Shown here: positions 31,134-39,686 of the stretch, in pieces | Layout: the number at the start of each line of letters is the position of its first letter | Numbering within the stretch: the first letter of the stretch is position 1 | Assembly (NCBI GenBank): GCA_966095605.1 | Contig: CBHTTJ010000001.1 | Coordinates: 7,906 to 71,905 of the forward strand | Direction of reading: 5' to 3' | Length of the DNA stretch: 64,000 nt | DNA from: an uncultured bacterium | GTDB taxonomy: Bacteria; Verrucomicrobiota; Verrucomicrobiia; Limisphaerales; JACDHS01 | The notes under the pieces: model-generated | The model's database searches: none | Seen by the model: the letters and a program-made list of their open reading frames with translations, nothing else | What the model was told of the DNA's origin: nothing | Translations under genes and position numbers: made by a program

Positions 31134-31822
31134 ACTGTTCCTTTGCCGGTTTTCTCCAACCGATCATCAATACCGTTCTTATTTGCATCCACGAAGCCCT
31201 GTAATTTGCCGTGGCGATGAGCGAGGAACCACCCGCCGACGGCCAGCGCTACAGCACCCAAAATCAAAAGCTCGTTTCCAACGATCAATGTCGGAAGGAC
31301 TATCAATGCCAAGCCACCAACCAGAATTGCAGCGCTGGTGGTCACACTGCCGATGATTGCCCGGAGCGGCGGGTAAAAAAGTGAAGCCAATCCAAAGAGA
31401 AACATCACAACACCAACCCAAACAATGCCTTTCAGACTGGAAAGCTTCGCGCCGATCTCGCGGGCACTGTCTTTCTGGGCGGGACCAAGTTCTGTCTTCG
31501 CTCGCGTTTCCTCGCGTTCGACCACAGGCATTGGCGCATTCACAACAACGGCTTGCACGTTTGTCACTGGTGCAGCGGCCGGCTCGACTTGGATGACGCG
31601 AGTTTCCTCGATGCGGGAACCCGCAGGAACAGTATAGCTCTTCGTTTTCACCGTTTCCTGATCCTGCCGGGAAACCGCCGCGGGATTGTCGCTCTGCACA
31701 AGAGTCTGCTCTACGACGCCAGCGGGCTTCACCGTCGTTGTTGCCTTTCCGCCTTTGAGTGGCTTCGTGGTACTGCAGCCGGTTATCAGGCCGACGATGA
31801 GAATTAGTGCGAGGGATTTCAT
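31130..31822 (-). CDS. Lipoprotein with C-terminal multi-TM region
   Basis: Lipobox 'LIVGLITGC', a Val/Pro/Thr-rich linker, then 3-4 hydrophobic helices ('GIVWVGVVMFLFGLASLFY...'). Confidence 0.55.
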   Translation of the reverse strand: MKSLALILIVGLITGCSTTKPLKGGKATTTVKPAGVVEQTLVQSDNPAAVSRQDQETVKTKSYTVPAGSRIEETRVIQVEPAAAPVTNVQAVVVNAPMPVVEREETRAKTELGPAQKDSAREIGAKLSSLKGIVWVGVVMFLFGLASLFYPPLRAIIGSVTTSAAILVGGLALIVLPTLIVGNELLILGAVALAVGGWFLAHRHGKLQGFVDANKNGIDDRLEKTGKGTV

Positions 31823-32112
31823 TTCGAGTCTTTCTTCTGTTGTTGCTCCATCAAAATTGTGATGCGGTCGACGGTTCGGGCCAGCAGCGCCTGATTTTCG
31901 CTAAGCGTGTCCATGCTCCTCTTCAAATCTCGACGTTCTTCGATTGTGTAGCTTTGTCGCAACTCCACGGCCGTCAGGCGTTTGTCCATGTTCGTCCAGA
32001 GCGCAATGAGAGCGCCTGCCATGGAGACCAACTGCAATACATTGCCGAGAGTGATCTCGGGATTGAACTTCAACTGGCGCGTGCCGTTGTTCTTGAAAAT
32101 AGGATCGTCCAT
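31819..32112 (-). CDS. Small single-TM coiled-coil protein
   Basis: 97 aa from the ATG at 32112 ('MDDPIFKNN...'). TM 'TLGNVLQLVSMAGALIALW' followed by a heptad-like region. The longer listed ORF (to 32541) is rejected. Confidence 0.45.
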   Translation of the reverse strand: MDDPIFKNNGTRQLKFNPEITLGNVLQLVSMAGALIALWTNMDKRLTAVELRQSYTIEERRDLKRSMDTLSENQALLARTVDRITILMEQQQKKDSK

Positions 32113-32132
32113 AAAATTTTGTGGCCAGTCTG

Positions 32133-32651
32133 CTAGGACCGGATCAGCGGCACTGCGCCGCTTTTGCTTTTCACTAACGCGCCAAACTTCGCCAGCATTG
32201 CCTGGGCAACATGCGAGAGGATCGGGCGCACATCGGTTTTGCTGTAGCCGGTCTGGTTGGGACCAACGTTGAGGTATTTCAGGCCTTCCCCTGGAGGAGC
32301 TCCTGTTCGATCGGCAACCAAAAGCTCCCGCGCCATTTCGCATGTCGCGTCCAGGAGTTCTCTCGGGATCACGTTCGATTCCACGTACGCTCCTAGGTCT
32401 GGATCCGGACACGTCCGACGCGGCCACTGCAAAGCTTGGGTGTCCGTTGCTTTGAAACCGGCGAAGCGCATCTGTGAATCGATCAATCTCGTTGCCATGA
32501 CGAGCGCGGCCTCCTTGTTCCCGGCGCTCGCGGCGCTCCAAGCCGTGGCGTAAAGATGCCCTTCATGGTACGCGTCACCATCGGCAGCCGAGGCGTATGC
32601 ATTCGCATCGACCTTTCCGGTTCCGTCTTCTTTAACGATTACCAGCGGCAT
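32133..32651 (-). CDS. Phage head-tail adaptor / DnaT-like domain protein
   Basis: 'KVDANAYASAADGDAYHEGHLYATAWSAASAGNKEAALVMATRLIDSQMRFAGFKATDTQALQWPRR' matches the pattern of phage DnaT-like/head-completion proteins. Confidence 0.55.
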   Translation of the reverse strand: MPLVIVKEDGTGKVDANAYASAADGDAYHEGHLYATAWSAASAGNKEAALVMATRLIDSQMRFAGFKATDTQALQWPRRTCPDPDLGAYVESNVIPRELLDATCEMARELLVADRTGAPPGEGLKYLNVGPNQTGYSKTDVRPILSHVAQAMLAKFGALVKSKSGAVPLIRS

Positions 32652-32943
32652 TTTTAAAATTCGGGATCTTTATCCAGTTATGACTGCGAAACATTTGTGG
32701 TCCTGTTGCTTCGCACCGGCACCAGAGCTCTCCATCCAGTTCGTAAAGGAACCGTACGACGTAACCATCACCTTTCGGGCCGCGATAAACGTCGACAGCA
32801 CGGGTCAGTGTTCCGCGCCCGTCGAGCGGACATTCCACGAACGCGCTCGGCTCGACCTTCGTGATTCCGTCTTGAGCACCGGCGACGCTCGACAGTTCGC
32901 CTGTCGATTTTTGATTTGCTTCCGCGAAATTCGGGTTCATCAA
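32632..32943 (-). CDS. Hypothetical phage protein
   Basis: 103-aa ORF in the head-gene operon, overlapping both neighbours (ATGA at 32940-32943). Confidence 0.45.
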   Translation of the reverse strand: MMNPNFAEANQKSTGELSSVAGAQDGITKVEPSAFVECPLDGRGTLTRAVDVYRGPKGDGYVVRFLYELDGELWCRCEATGPQMFRSHNWIKIPNFKNAAGNR

Positions 32944-33665
32944 AACTCCTCCAAGGGAAGTCCTGCACCGTCGTTGTACAGCGCGGTGATCTCATCGGCG
33001 CTCAGAACACGATTCCACTTTGCGACTTCATCGATCGTGCCGGTGAATGGATAGCCGGCTTCGTGTGCACCGATTCGAAACATTTCCCCAACGCGAGGAT
33101 ATCCGGCTACATCGGTCTGGATGGCAGGTTCTCCATTGTCGATGATGAGCCCAACGGTGTTGCCACTACGGTAGAAAACTAAATGATGCCATTGATCTGG
33201 AGTCACATCGGCATTGCCGGCGAGCCAGAGAATTGTATTCCCGTCTGCGTCGTACATGACCAGGTCGAGTGCATGGCCGAAAGTGACCAGATACACACCA
33301 CCCGTTGAGTTGAGCATGGTGTCGGAACCGAAGATCGGTTCGAGCTGATAAACCCACAGGGACATTGTGAAATCCGCATCGAAACGCAGAAGCGGATGAT
33401 CAGGATGATCGAGCCAGCGATCATAACCGACATAGCTGGTTTCGGCTCCGTTTCCGAAGATGCCGCCTTCCTGTCCAACGCCATTGTTGTCCGTCAGATC
33501 CAATCCGTTTCCGGAAGAATCCAAACGCATTTGTCCCGGTCCCTCCTCAAGCTTCCAATACGCGACGAGCCCATCGAGCAAGGAGACCTCGACGGTTTCC
33601 GGTGGCCGAACCGTCGTCGCACGATTGCGACGACGCTTCGCCAACTGGAGAATCTCGAACGCCAC
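32940..33665 (-). CDS. LamG / concanavalin-A-like lectin domain protein
   Basis: 'GLVAYWKLEEGPG...LDSSGNGLDLT' and C-terminal 'GTIDEVAKWNRVLSADEITALYNDG' are hallmark Laminin_G_3 motifs. The proposed GTG start at 33665 is uncertain. Confidence 0.6.
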   Translation of the reverse strand: MAFEILQLAKRRRNRATTVRPPETVEVSLLDGLVAYWKLEEGPGQMRLDSSGNGLDLTDNNGVGQEGGIFGNGAETSYVGYDRWLDHPDHPLLRFDADFTMSLWVYQLEPIFGSDTMLNSTGGVYLVTFGHALDLVMYDADGNTILWLAGNADVTPDQWHHLVFYRSGNTVGLIIDNGEPAIQTDVAGYPRVGEMFRIGAHEAGYPFTGTIDEVAKWNRVLSADEITALYNDGAGLPLEEF

Positions 33666-33669
33666 GCGC

Positions 33670-33954
33670 TTACGCGCCAGGTTCCACGGTCTTCCGGGAC
33701 TTTTCTTCGGCAGCTTTTGCACGTTTTGCTTTCGCGGGTGTAACAGTTGGTTTTTGTTCCGGTAGAACCGCAGTTGATACGTCCGGCTCTGGAACCTGAG
33801 GCGCTTGGGGCGCAACGGGCTCGGCCGGTGATTGTATGACAGGCCTTTCCTCGACTTGTGGTTGAACCTCTGGCACAGCAGGCGGGGTGGCCGTCGGCAA
33901 AGCCTCAGGAGGCAGCAATGGCCTCCGAACACGACGAATGATTGGGTAAAGCAT
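33670..33954 (-). CDS. Pro/Ala/Val-rich small protein
   Basis: From the ATG at 33954 ('MLYPIIRRVRRPLLPPEALPTATPPAVPEVQPQ...KAKRAKAAEEK'). Its stop lies 5 nt before the candidate LamG start. Confidence 0.35.
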   Translation of the reverse strand: MLYPIIRRVRRPLLPPEALPTATPPAVPEVQPQVEERPVIQSPAEPVAPQAPQVPEPDVSTAVLPEQKPTVTPAKAKRAKAAEEKSRKTVEPGA

Positions 33955-33958
33955 AGGT

Positions 33959-34393
33959 CTACTTGATGCGAAAGAATTGAATACCTGTGCGTATGCCGAC
34001 GACGCCGCCGCGATTCGCCGTGTTATTGGAGGCATTGATATAAATTCTTCGCGGACTGTTAATCGTGTGGATTCGGATGAATTCCTGTTCCCACTCGGCA
34101 TTTGCCAAGGGAACTTTAAGTAGCGCTGTGTCGCCGATCTCCAATTCTTGTTCAACGTCGATCAGCGCATAGGTGATGACGTCGCCAGCCTGAAAGTTGC
34201 CGGCAAAGTGAATGCGGCCGAGCAGCAAATACGTTCCAGGATCCTCCAGGCGCACAGAGCAAGGTGCATTGCCAATGCCAAGGGCAATGGGTTCTAGATT
34301 ATTGTTAAGGGCCTGCGGACCCCAATTCATACCGGCGCTTGCAGCGATGCTCGGCGTAAAACTGCAGGAACTGCGTGGAATGATTTTTCCCAT
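33959..34393 (-). CDS. Hypothetical phage structural protein (downstream of capsid gene)
   Basis: 144-aa beta-rich ORF immediately after the major capsid gene. Confidence 0.45.
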   Translation of the reverse strand: MGKIIPRSSCSFTPSIAASAGMNWGPQALNNNLEPIALGIGNAPCSVRLEDPGTYLLLGRIHFAGNFQAGDVITYALIDVEQELEIGDTALLKVPLANAEWEQEFIRIHTINSPRRIYINASNNTANRGGVVGIRTGIQFFRIK

Positions 34394-34465
34394 AGGATTC
34401 CGATTGTTACGGTTGGCGCATGCCGGCCACCGCGGCGGGAGCCGCAGTGGCCGGCATGCTAATGC

Positions 34466-35476
34466 CTAGTTGTTATGGGTAATCGCGACGAGGCGGACGT
34501 TTTTGTTTTCCCAGACACGCGCCCAGTTCGCGCCGTTCTCCAACTCTGCATTCGTCGGCGAGTCACCAGCGACCGCAGCGGAAGTGAACTTCACACCACG
34601 CGGATGCAGGATATAACGACGGCGATTGATCAGAACGGTATCGCTATCGAGCGGCACACGCGCGAGTTCGACGCCTTCAGTGCCGTGACCGCCCTGGAGC
34701 GGAGTGCCGTCCAGCGGAGCGACACCTTTGCCAAAAGCCCCAGAGCCGAAGAGATAGGTCGTGTAAACTTGGCCATCAGTCGTTCCGGCACGAACGGGCA
34801 ATGAATCATCCACGATCACACGGCGACCTTGGAACACACGAAGCATCGGTTTTCCTTCGCTGTCCGGAATGAAATCGATGAGATCGAGTTTGCGAAGCGC
34901 TGCTTCGGTTGCCGAATGCATCGCGACAGCCGTGAGGCGATCAGCGGCGTCACCGAGTTTTGTGCAAGCGTCGACGAACGTCGCGCCGTTTAGCCGTGTG
35001 GCAGCGCTCTGTCCGACTATCGTCTCGGAATTGATGCCGAGGAGGTTTCCAGCCATCGAACCCGCCGCGAAAATGCCTTTAAGCGACGAGATGACGATGC
35101 CTTCGTCGGTACGAGCCCAGTAATCGCCGACCAGGTCGACGATCGCTTGCATCGGATCATCGCCAGAAATGACTTTGGCGAGATGGTTCACGGACCAGAC
35201 CTGCGCATCGTTATGGATGCGTGCGATGTCCTGATCAGCGGCGATCTTGTTCACGTTGAGTGAACCAGCGTCGCTCAAGATTTGGCGTGCTGCCGTGAGG
35301 TCCTTCCAGAACGGCATCTTTACTTCGCGTCCACCGCCTGCCGCGAGTTCGTCGAACTCTGGCGCCATCTCAACGATGCCGGACTGTCCGAAACGGGAGA
35401 GCTCTGCGGTACGCTCGATAGCGTATTTCTCGAACTCTGTTGGAATGATGATGTCTGCTACTGCTGTCTTGGCCAT
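34466..35476 (-). CDS. Major capsid protein (HK97-fold type)
   Basis: 336 aa. 'MAKTAVADIIIPTEFEKYAIERTAELSRF...' N-terminus and overall pattern typical of phage coat proteins. Sits after the scaffold and portal genes. Confidence 0.7.
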   Translation of the reverse strand: MAKTAVADIIIPTEFEKYAIERTAELSRFGQSGIVEMAPEFDELAAGGGREVKMPFWKDLTAARQILSDAGSLNVNKIAADQDIARIHNDAQVWSVNHLAKVISGDDPMQAIVDLVGDYWARTDEGIVISSLKGIFAAGSMAGNLLGINSETIVGQSAATRLNGATFVDACTKLGDAADRLTAVAMHSATEAALRKLDLIDFIPDSEGKPMLRVFQGRRVIVDDSLPVRAGTTDGQVYTTYLFGSGAFGKGVAPLDGTPLQGGHGTEGVELARVPLDSDTVLINRRRYILHPRGVKFTSAAVAGDSPTNAELENGANWARVWENKNVRLVAITHNN

Positions 35477-35503
35477 AAACTATGTGTTCCTTCGGTTTTG
35501 ATC

Positions 35504-36268
35504 TCAGGCGGCAGCTTTCAAGCGTGCAGCGAGCTGAGGATCGGTTTTCTGTAGTTTCATTTGTTCGGTCAGGTTCCACGTCTCACGCTTGAACGGGTTC
35601 TTCACCGAAGGCAGCGTTCTCGCAGAGCTGCTGGCAGCACCGCCGCCAGAGTTGGATTCGAAAAGATGCGGAGCTTCGGACACTTGCGTATCGATCCACT
35701 CCTCTAAAGTCATTGGTGTAATGCCGTCTTTGCCGTAACGCACGGTCTTGCCGCCGCCCTCGAAAGCCGTTGGCACACCGTTCACGAGACGGAACACTGA
35801 ACGAGCGCGGGATGTGATGTCAGGAATCGCTGTAGGGCGGAGACCACGCTTCGTCGCCACAGTGGTCACTCCCTGGTCGATCTGGATCGTTGTGAGGCGT
35901 GCATTGAGCGCGTCACGTTCACTCGTAAGACCCGTGATTTGCTTCTCCCACTCGGTCTTGAGTGACTTCACTCGGTTCTCGATGATCTTCTCGATTTCCT
36001 CGGGCTTGTGGCCCTTCGCTTCGAGTTCGAGTTTCTGTTTCTCTTCAGCGAGGCGACGCACTTCGTCAGGATCAATGCCGTCAAAGCGTTTCTTGAGATC
36101 GTCACGTTCTTTGATCAGAGCGACGTTGTTGTTGCGAAACTCGTCGAGTTTCGTTTTGTCGACGGCACCATCGACGTCGAGGAGCCAGGCTCCATCGCGT
36201 TCGACGTAAAGCGATTGTTGTTCGGCAGGAATTTCTTCCCGCGATTTGAATTTGTATTTCAGTGGCAT
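35504..36268 (-). CDS. Phage scaffolding protein (GP20-like)
   Basis: Highly charged coiled-coil N-terminal half ('DLKKRFDGIDPDEVRRLAEEKQKLELEAKGHKPEEIEKIIENR'). Lies between portal and capsid. Confidence 0.6.
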   Translation of the reverse strand: MPLKYKFKSREEIPAEQQSLYVERDGAWLLDVDGAVDKTKLDEFRNNNVALIKERDDLKKRFDGIDPDEVRRLAEEKQKLELEAKGHKPEEIEKIIENRVKSLKTEWEKQITGLTSERDALNARLTTIQIDQGVTTVATKRGLRPTAIPDITSRARSVFRLVNGVPTAFEGGGKTVRYGKDGITPMTLEEWIDTQVSEAPHLFESNSGGGAASSSARTLPSVKNPFKRETWNLTEQMKLQKTDPQLAARLKAAA

Positions 36269-36277
36269 AAATCGGTT

Positions 36278-37765
36278 TTAGCTAACGGTTGTTGGTATTG
36301 GTGCGGGAGTTTTTGCCGGAGAGGCGCTCACAAGAGATTTCTCGTCCTCATCGGTCCGGCCGGGCGGCAGGATTTCACCACGGCGGAAGAGATCGAACAT
36401 GGTTTCCTGGCTGATGGCACCAGCCTGCCACGCACTCACGACAGCCGTGATTTCATCACTCGTCATGCCCCGCGTGCTGAAGTCGGTATTCACCTGTGCG
36501 AGCACGAGATCATCGTTCACGTCCTCAGGAGTTTCTTCGGTCGAGTTCCACCAGTAGACCCAGCGGAGCACACGTGTGATCGATTCACTCACACTGAGAG
36601 ACACGGCATTGAGCACACTGTCTTCACCGCTCTGGCGGAGTTCGATGGCTTCAGCTGTTTCGCCGACGCGTTTCTGTCCCTCCAGCATGCGGGTACCGAG
36701 CACAGCCATGAGGCGCTCATCGCGGTCCATAGCACGCTCGAAAGTTGTTAAGCCCTGACCGGTGAACTCAAGGAAGCCAGCCGTGGCTCCTGGTGTTTCC
36801 GCCACCCACGCCGTGCTCGATCCGATACGCAACGAGGCTGATTTATCGAAGCCACTTACCCACGCCGTTGGAAGTGCAGTGAAATGCAGGCCATGCTTGT
36901 AGTCTGCGTTGAGGCGATAGTGATCGAGATTGACGGAAATGATGTCAGCCAGCGGAAGTTTATCGACACACTCCTGACAGTTCCGGGCGCCATGGAACAC
37001 GAGCGGAATGAGCGGCAGTGATTTTCCCAGGCGGAGCGGCACACGAGTCTCGGTTTTGATCCACTCGGTTTTCTTGCGGCTGCGGCGGTTGGTGGTGTTT
37101 TGTTTCTCTACATCGTCCCGTTGTTTCCAGATATCGACTTGATAGAACCACTCCGGTTTTGCGTCAGGAGATTTTGTCTCACCCTGCACGAGACGGAGCA
37201 CACGGAGCTGTTCACTGTTCTCAGAGATGAAGACGTCATCGTCATGATTCTTCGCAGTCTCACGGAGGACTACGAGTGAGAGCAGCGTTCTGCCGTTGAT
37301 TCGGTCTGTGCGCCAGTTGATGATTTGTTCAGCAGTGTAGAGAACTGCGTAAGCGCGTTGTTCTGCCTCGTTTTCCCAGTCCACGAGCGTGGCTGCACGA
37401 CCGACACGGATGATCTCACTCGTTACGTTCTTGGTGTAGGACGAGAGAGTTGTGCCGATCATGTCAGCATCGTCCAGGAATGTTTTTAGCGCGTTACTGA
37501 CTCCTGATTTATTCTCCGGAAGTTTGAAGGTTGGTTCACGACGAAAGATCAGCCCGACGAATCCGTCAGCGGTTCGAGCGGATGCATTGAAGAACGAAGC
37601 GCGTTCCTTGTATGCGGCATACTCTTCGTCGGTCTGAGAATCGAGTCGAGGAAGGTAACGAACGCCGCCAGACTTCACTGCATCTTCACCGGCGAACACG
37701 TCACGAGCCCGCAACCATGCAGGAAGGTTTTCGTCGTAGCTCGGATGTGTGGAATCAACTGGCAT
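36278..37765 (-). CDS. Phage portal protein (DUF4055-like)
   Basis: 'NLPAWLRARDVFAGEDAVKSGGVRYLPRLDSQTDEEYAAYKERASFFNASARTADGFVGLIFRREP' matches the conserved N-terminal region of DUF4055 portals. 495 aa. Confidence 0.7.
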   Translation of the reverse strand: MPVDSTHPSYDENLPAWLRARDVFAGEDAVKSGGVRYLPRLDSQTDEEYAAYKERASFFNASARTADGFVGLIFRREPTFKLPENKSGVSNALKTFLDDADMIGTTLSSYTKNVTSEIIRVGRAATLVDWENEAEQRAYAVLYTAEQIINWRTDRINGRTLLSLVVLRETAKNHDDDVFISENSEQLRVLRLVQGETKSPDAKPEWFYQVDIWKQRDDVEKQNTTNRRSRKKTEWIKTETRVPLRLGKSLPLIPLVFHGARNCQECVDKLPLADIISVNLDHYRLNADYKHGLHFTALPTAWVSGFDKSASLRIGSSTAWVAETPGATAGFLEFTGQGLTTFERAMDRDERLMAVLGTRMLEGQKRVGETAEAIELRQSGEDSVLNAVSLSVSESITRVLRWVYWWNSTEETPEDVNDDLVLAQVNTDFSTRGMTSDEITAVVSAWQAGAISQETMFDLFRRGEILPPGRTDEDEKSLVSASPAKTPAPIPTTVS

Positions 37766-37940
37766 CTGAGTGACGAATTACGCCACTCGAAGTGTGATGT
37801 AAAAGCGAACAGAGGGATGTTGCGCAACCACACGCAATCGCGTGTCAATCCGCGTAAGGAATCTTCGAGTTCATGTTTACGAACAAAGAAATTCGTGCAA
37901 CAACGAACCTCTTCTCAACACTCCTCAGAGTCTTCACACC

Positions 37941-38130
37941 GTAGCTCTCTGTATGTGTGTGTCAGCTCCGCACAGGCCGCGAGGTTAGTCGGCACTGCAT
38001 CTGCCGCGCCAGCCACGTGCCCTCGTGCCCTGCTGTCACGGCAGATGCTTTGCCGGAGAAATGGAATGCGCTTTCGCGCAGCGCGTCCCGTGCTGCGCAA
38101 AAGCGATGACACACACATACAGAGAGCTAC
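37941..38130. repeat. Nested inverted-repeat element: 24-bp perfect outer stem enclosing two internal hairpins
   Basis: GTAGCTCTCTGTATGTGTGTGTCA (37941-37964) is the exact reverse complement of 38107-38130. Inner stems are 37997-38006/38039-38048 (10 bp perfect) and 38069-38084/38090-38105 (16 positions; 1 mismatch, 1 G-T). Confidence 0.8.
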
Positions 38131-38408
38131 TACGTTTCGTTCGCATCCACTGGCTTCGCTTTCAGTCGAGCGTCTCCGGTTTGTATTACCGTCGCGTCAC
38201 GTTTCCCGCGCAGGTCTGGCGTGCGGTCGGCAGGCCTTCAGAGTTTCGTCCTCGGTTGCCCTGGTGGCAGCCGTTGGTTTATCGTTGGCTGCACTACACT
38301 GGTTGGTTGTAGTAGTGAGTGACGTTCGTAGCGCTGCGAATCGATTTTTGTTGCGAAGGCGACATTTCCCGATCATCAACCAAGCATTACAAACCAACAC
38401 TCATATCG

Positions 38409-39395
38409 ATGACTGAAAACGATTTTGAAGAGTTCTTTGGGGCAATGGCCAAGCGTTTTCGCAATGAGACGCACTTATCGGATCTCACGTTCACCGCATT
38501 GGAGCTGATCCCTGAATTTAAGAAGGACTTTCTCCATTTCTTTTTCCCTGATTTATCGTTCAAGGATGAAGATGAGATTGCTGTTTACCGTGAATTCAGT
38601 TTGGGATCGAGTAATGGACAGCCCGATTTGGTTTTCCAATCACGTAATTGGGACGCGATCGTCGAGAATAAATTGTGGGATCAGAATTATCACTTTGACC
38701 AATATGGCGCTAAGCCGATCTCGCCACGAAAACCAACGCATACAGGGTTAATAGCAAACCATTCGGTGCAGCGCCCCCCAGCAGCTTCGAAGTGGCAGAT
38801 ACGAGAATGGAGAAATTTTCTAGTCGCGTTCGAATGCAAAAAATACCCTCGTTATGACGGCGTTTTTGTCGCCTATTTGGCATACGTAAAAAGGATTTGC
38901 AAAATGACTGAGTTCAAAAATTTTCAGTTCGATCCCAGTTCGCTGTTTGCTTTGACTCACTTTGTGAGAATGGCTGAGTCAGCGTTGAAGGTGTCAACAC
39001 CTGATACTTATCGAATTACGGTTCAAACCAGCAAAAAAGGAAATTTTGGTGAAAGCTGGGCTGGCTATTGGTTTCAACTACATCCAACAGATTCCACTGA
39101 ACACCTGTCACTTTTTTTTGGGATCGATTTTTCTTTCGGTCCGCCGCCCACAATTGGCGTTCATGTCCATAAACATGAAAACGCTCAGTTTCAGATGATA
39201 GCTGATTCAGTGAACGATGGACCCTCATATAAAATCCGACGAGAGATGAAAGACGGAATAGTTTTTCTAAATCTGCCGAATGATCAGTTTCTCGCCATTA
39301 ATAGCGAAACAGCTAAACAGAAACAGCTGGATGCATTAGTGCGATTTCTCCATACGTGTTGTAATGACTTAACTCGGTTCGTTGTTGCTACGTAG
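38409..39395 (+). CDS. PD-(D/E)XK nuclease-superfamily protein
   Basis: 'GQPDLVFQSRNWDAIVENKLWD' gives the PD...(D/E)xK arrangement. Start moved to the ATG at 38409 ('MTENDFEEFF...'). Confidence 0.5.
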   Translation: MTENDFEEFFGAMAKRFRNETHLSDLTFTALELIPEFKKDFLHFFFPDLSFKDEDEIAVYREFSLGSSNGQPDLVFQSRNWDAIVENKLWDQNYHFDQYGAKPISPRKPTHTGLIANHSVQRPPAASKWQIREWRNFLVAFECKKYPRYDGVFVAYLAYVKRICKMTEFKNFQFDPSSLFALTHFVRMAESALKVSTPDTYRITVQTSKKGNFGESWAGYWFQLHPTDSTEHLSLFFGIDFSFGPPPTIGVHVHKHENAQFQMIADSVNDGPSYKIRREMKDGIVFLNLPNDQFLAINSETAKQKQLDALVRFLHTCCNDLTRFVVAT

Positions 39396-39502
39396 CTAAC
39401 ATGAAGTCAGTTCGCGTTGCTCAGAAAACCATTTGTTCAGGCTTCTCTCGTTCCTCGTTACGCCTTCAATTCGAGGTGCGCCATCCAGTCGAACGCCATT
39501 TC

Positions 39503-39686
39503 TTTGCCGACGTCAACTTCGGCGCGCGTGTGCCTACGCTCTCGCCGCTAACGCGGCTCGCCTCGCGCCGTCTCCTCTTTGCCAACGTTTTCGGTCCGGC
39601 GCTCGGACGCTACTCCGCGCGCGCCATTGATCGCCTTCTCTTTGCGAATGTCACAGGCCTGTTTCACCATTCCTGATTTGCCAACG
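39503..39686 (+). repeat. Four dispersed copies of a TTTGCC(A/G)ACG-type 10-mer (iteron-like)
   Basis: TTTGCCGACG at 39503, TTTGCCAACG at 39578, TTTGCGAATG at 39641, TTTGCCAACG at 39677. All lie in an ORF-poor tract. Confidence 0.4.

Noticed and set aside
31130-32112. Idea that the small TM/coiled-coil protein plus the following lipoprotein form an i-spanin/o-spanin lysis pair.
   Set aside because: The lipoprotein is 230 aa with several C-terminal TM helices, unlike o-spanins. No endolysin or holin is nearby. The evidence is insufficient.
31819-32541. Listed 240-aa minus-strand ORF.
   Set aside because: The N-terminal two-thirds is Arg/Gly/Ser-rich junk. It overlaps, out of frame, the convincing DnaT-like/head-tail adaptor gene (32133-32651). 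Only the last 97 codons (from the ATG at 32112) look real.
33670-34155. Full-length 161-aa ORF, and the 330-aa version of the LamG ORF (32940-33932).
   Set aside because: The upstream portions overlap the better ORF 33959-34393, or each other, and have non-protein-like composition (RRK-rich 'CRRPPRLLCQRFNHKSRK'). Both were trimmed to internal starts.
37941-38130. Idea that the nested inverted repeats are a retron msr/msd or a DGR template.
   Set aside because: No reverse transcriptase gene exists anywhere in the window. The structure is retained only as an unexplained structured element.
37745-38416. 223-aa + strand ORF across the portal-proximal intergenic region.
   Set aside because: Its composition is Ser/Arg/Ala-rich. 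It spans the nested inverted repeats, and the real PD-(D/E)XK gene starts at the ATG at 38409 in another ORF's frame.
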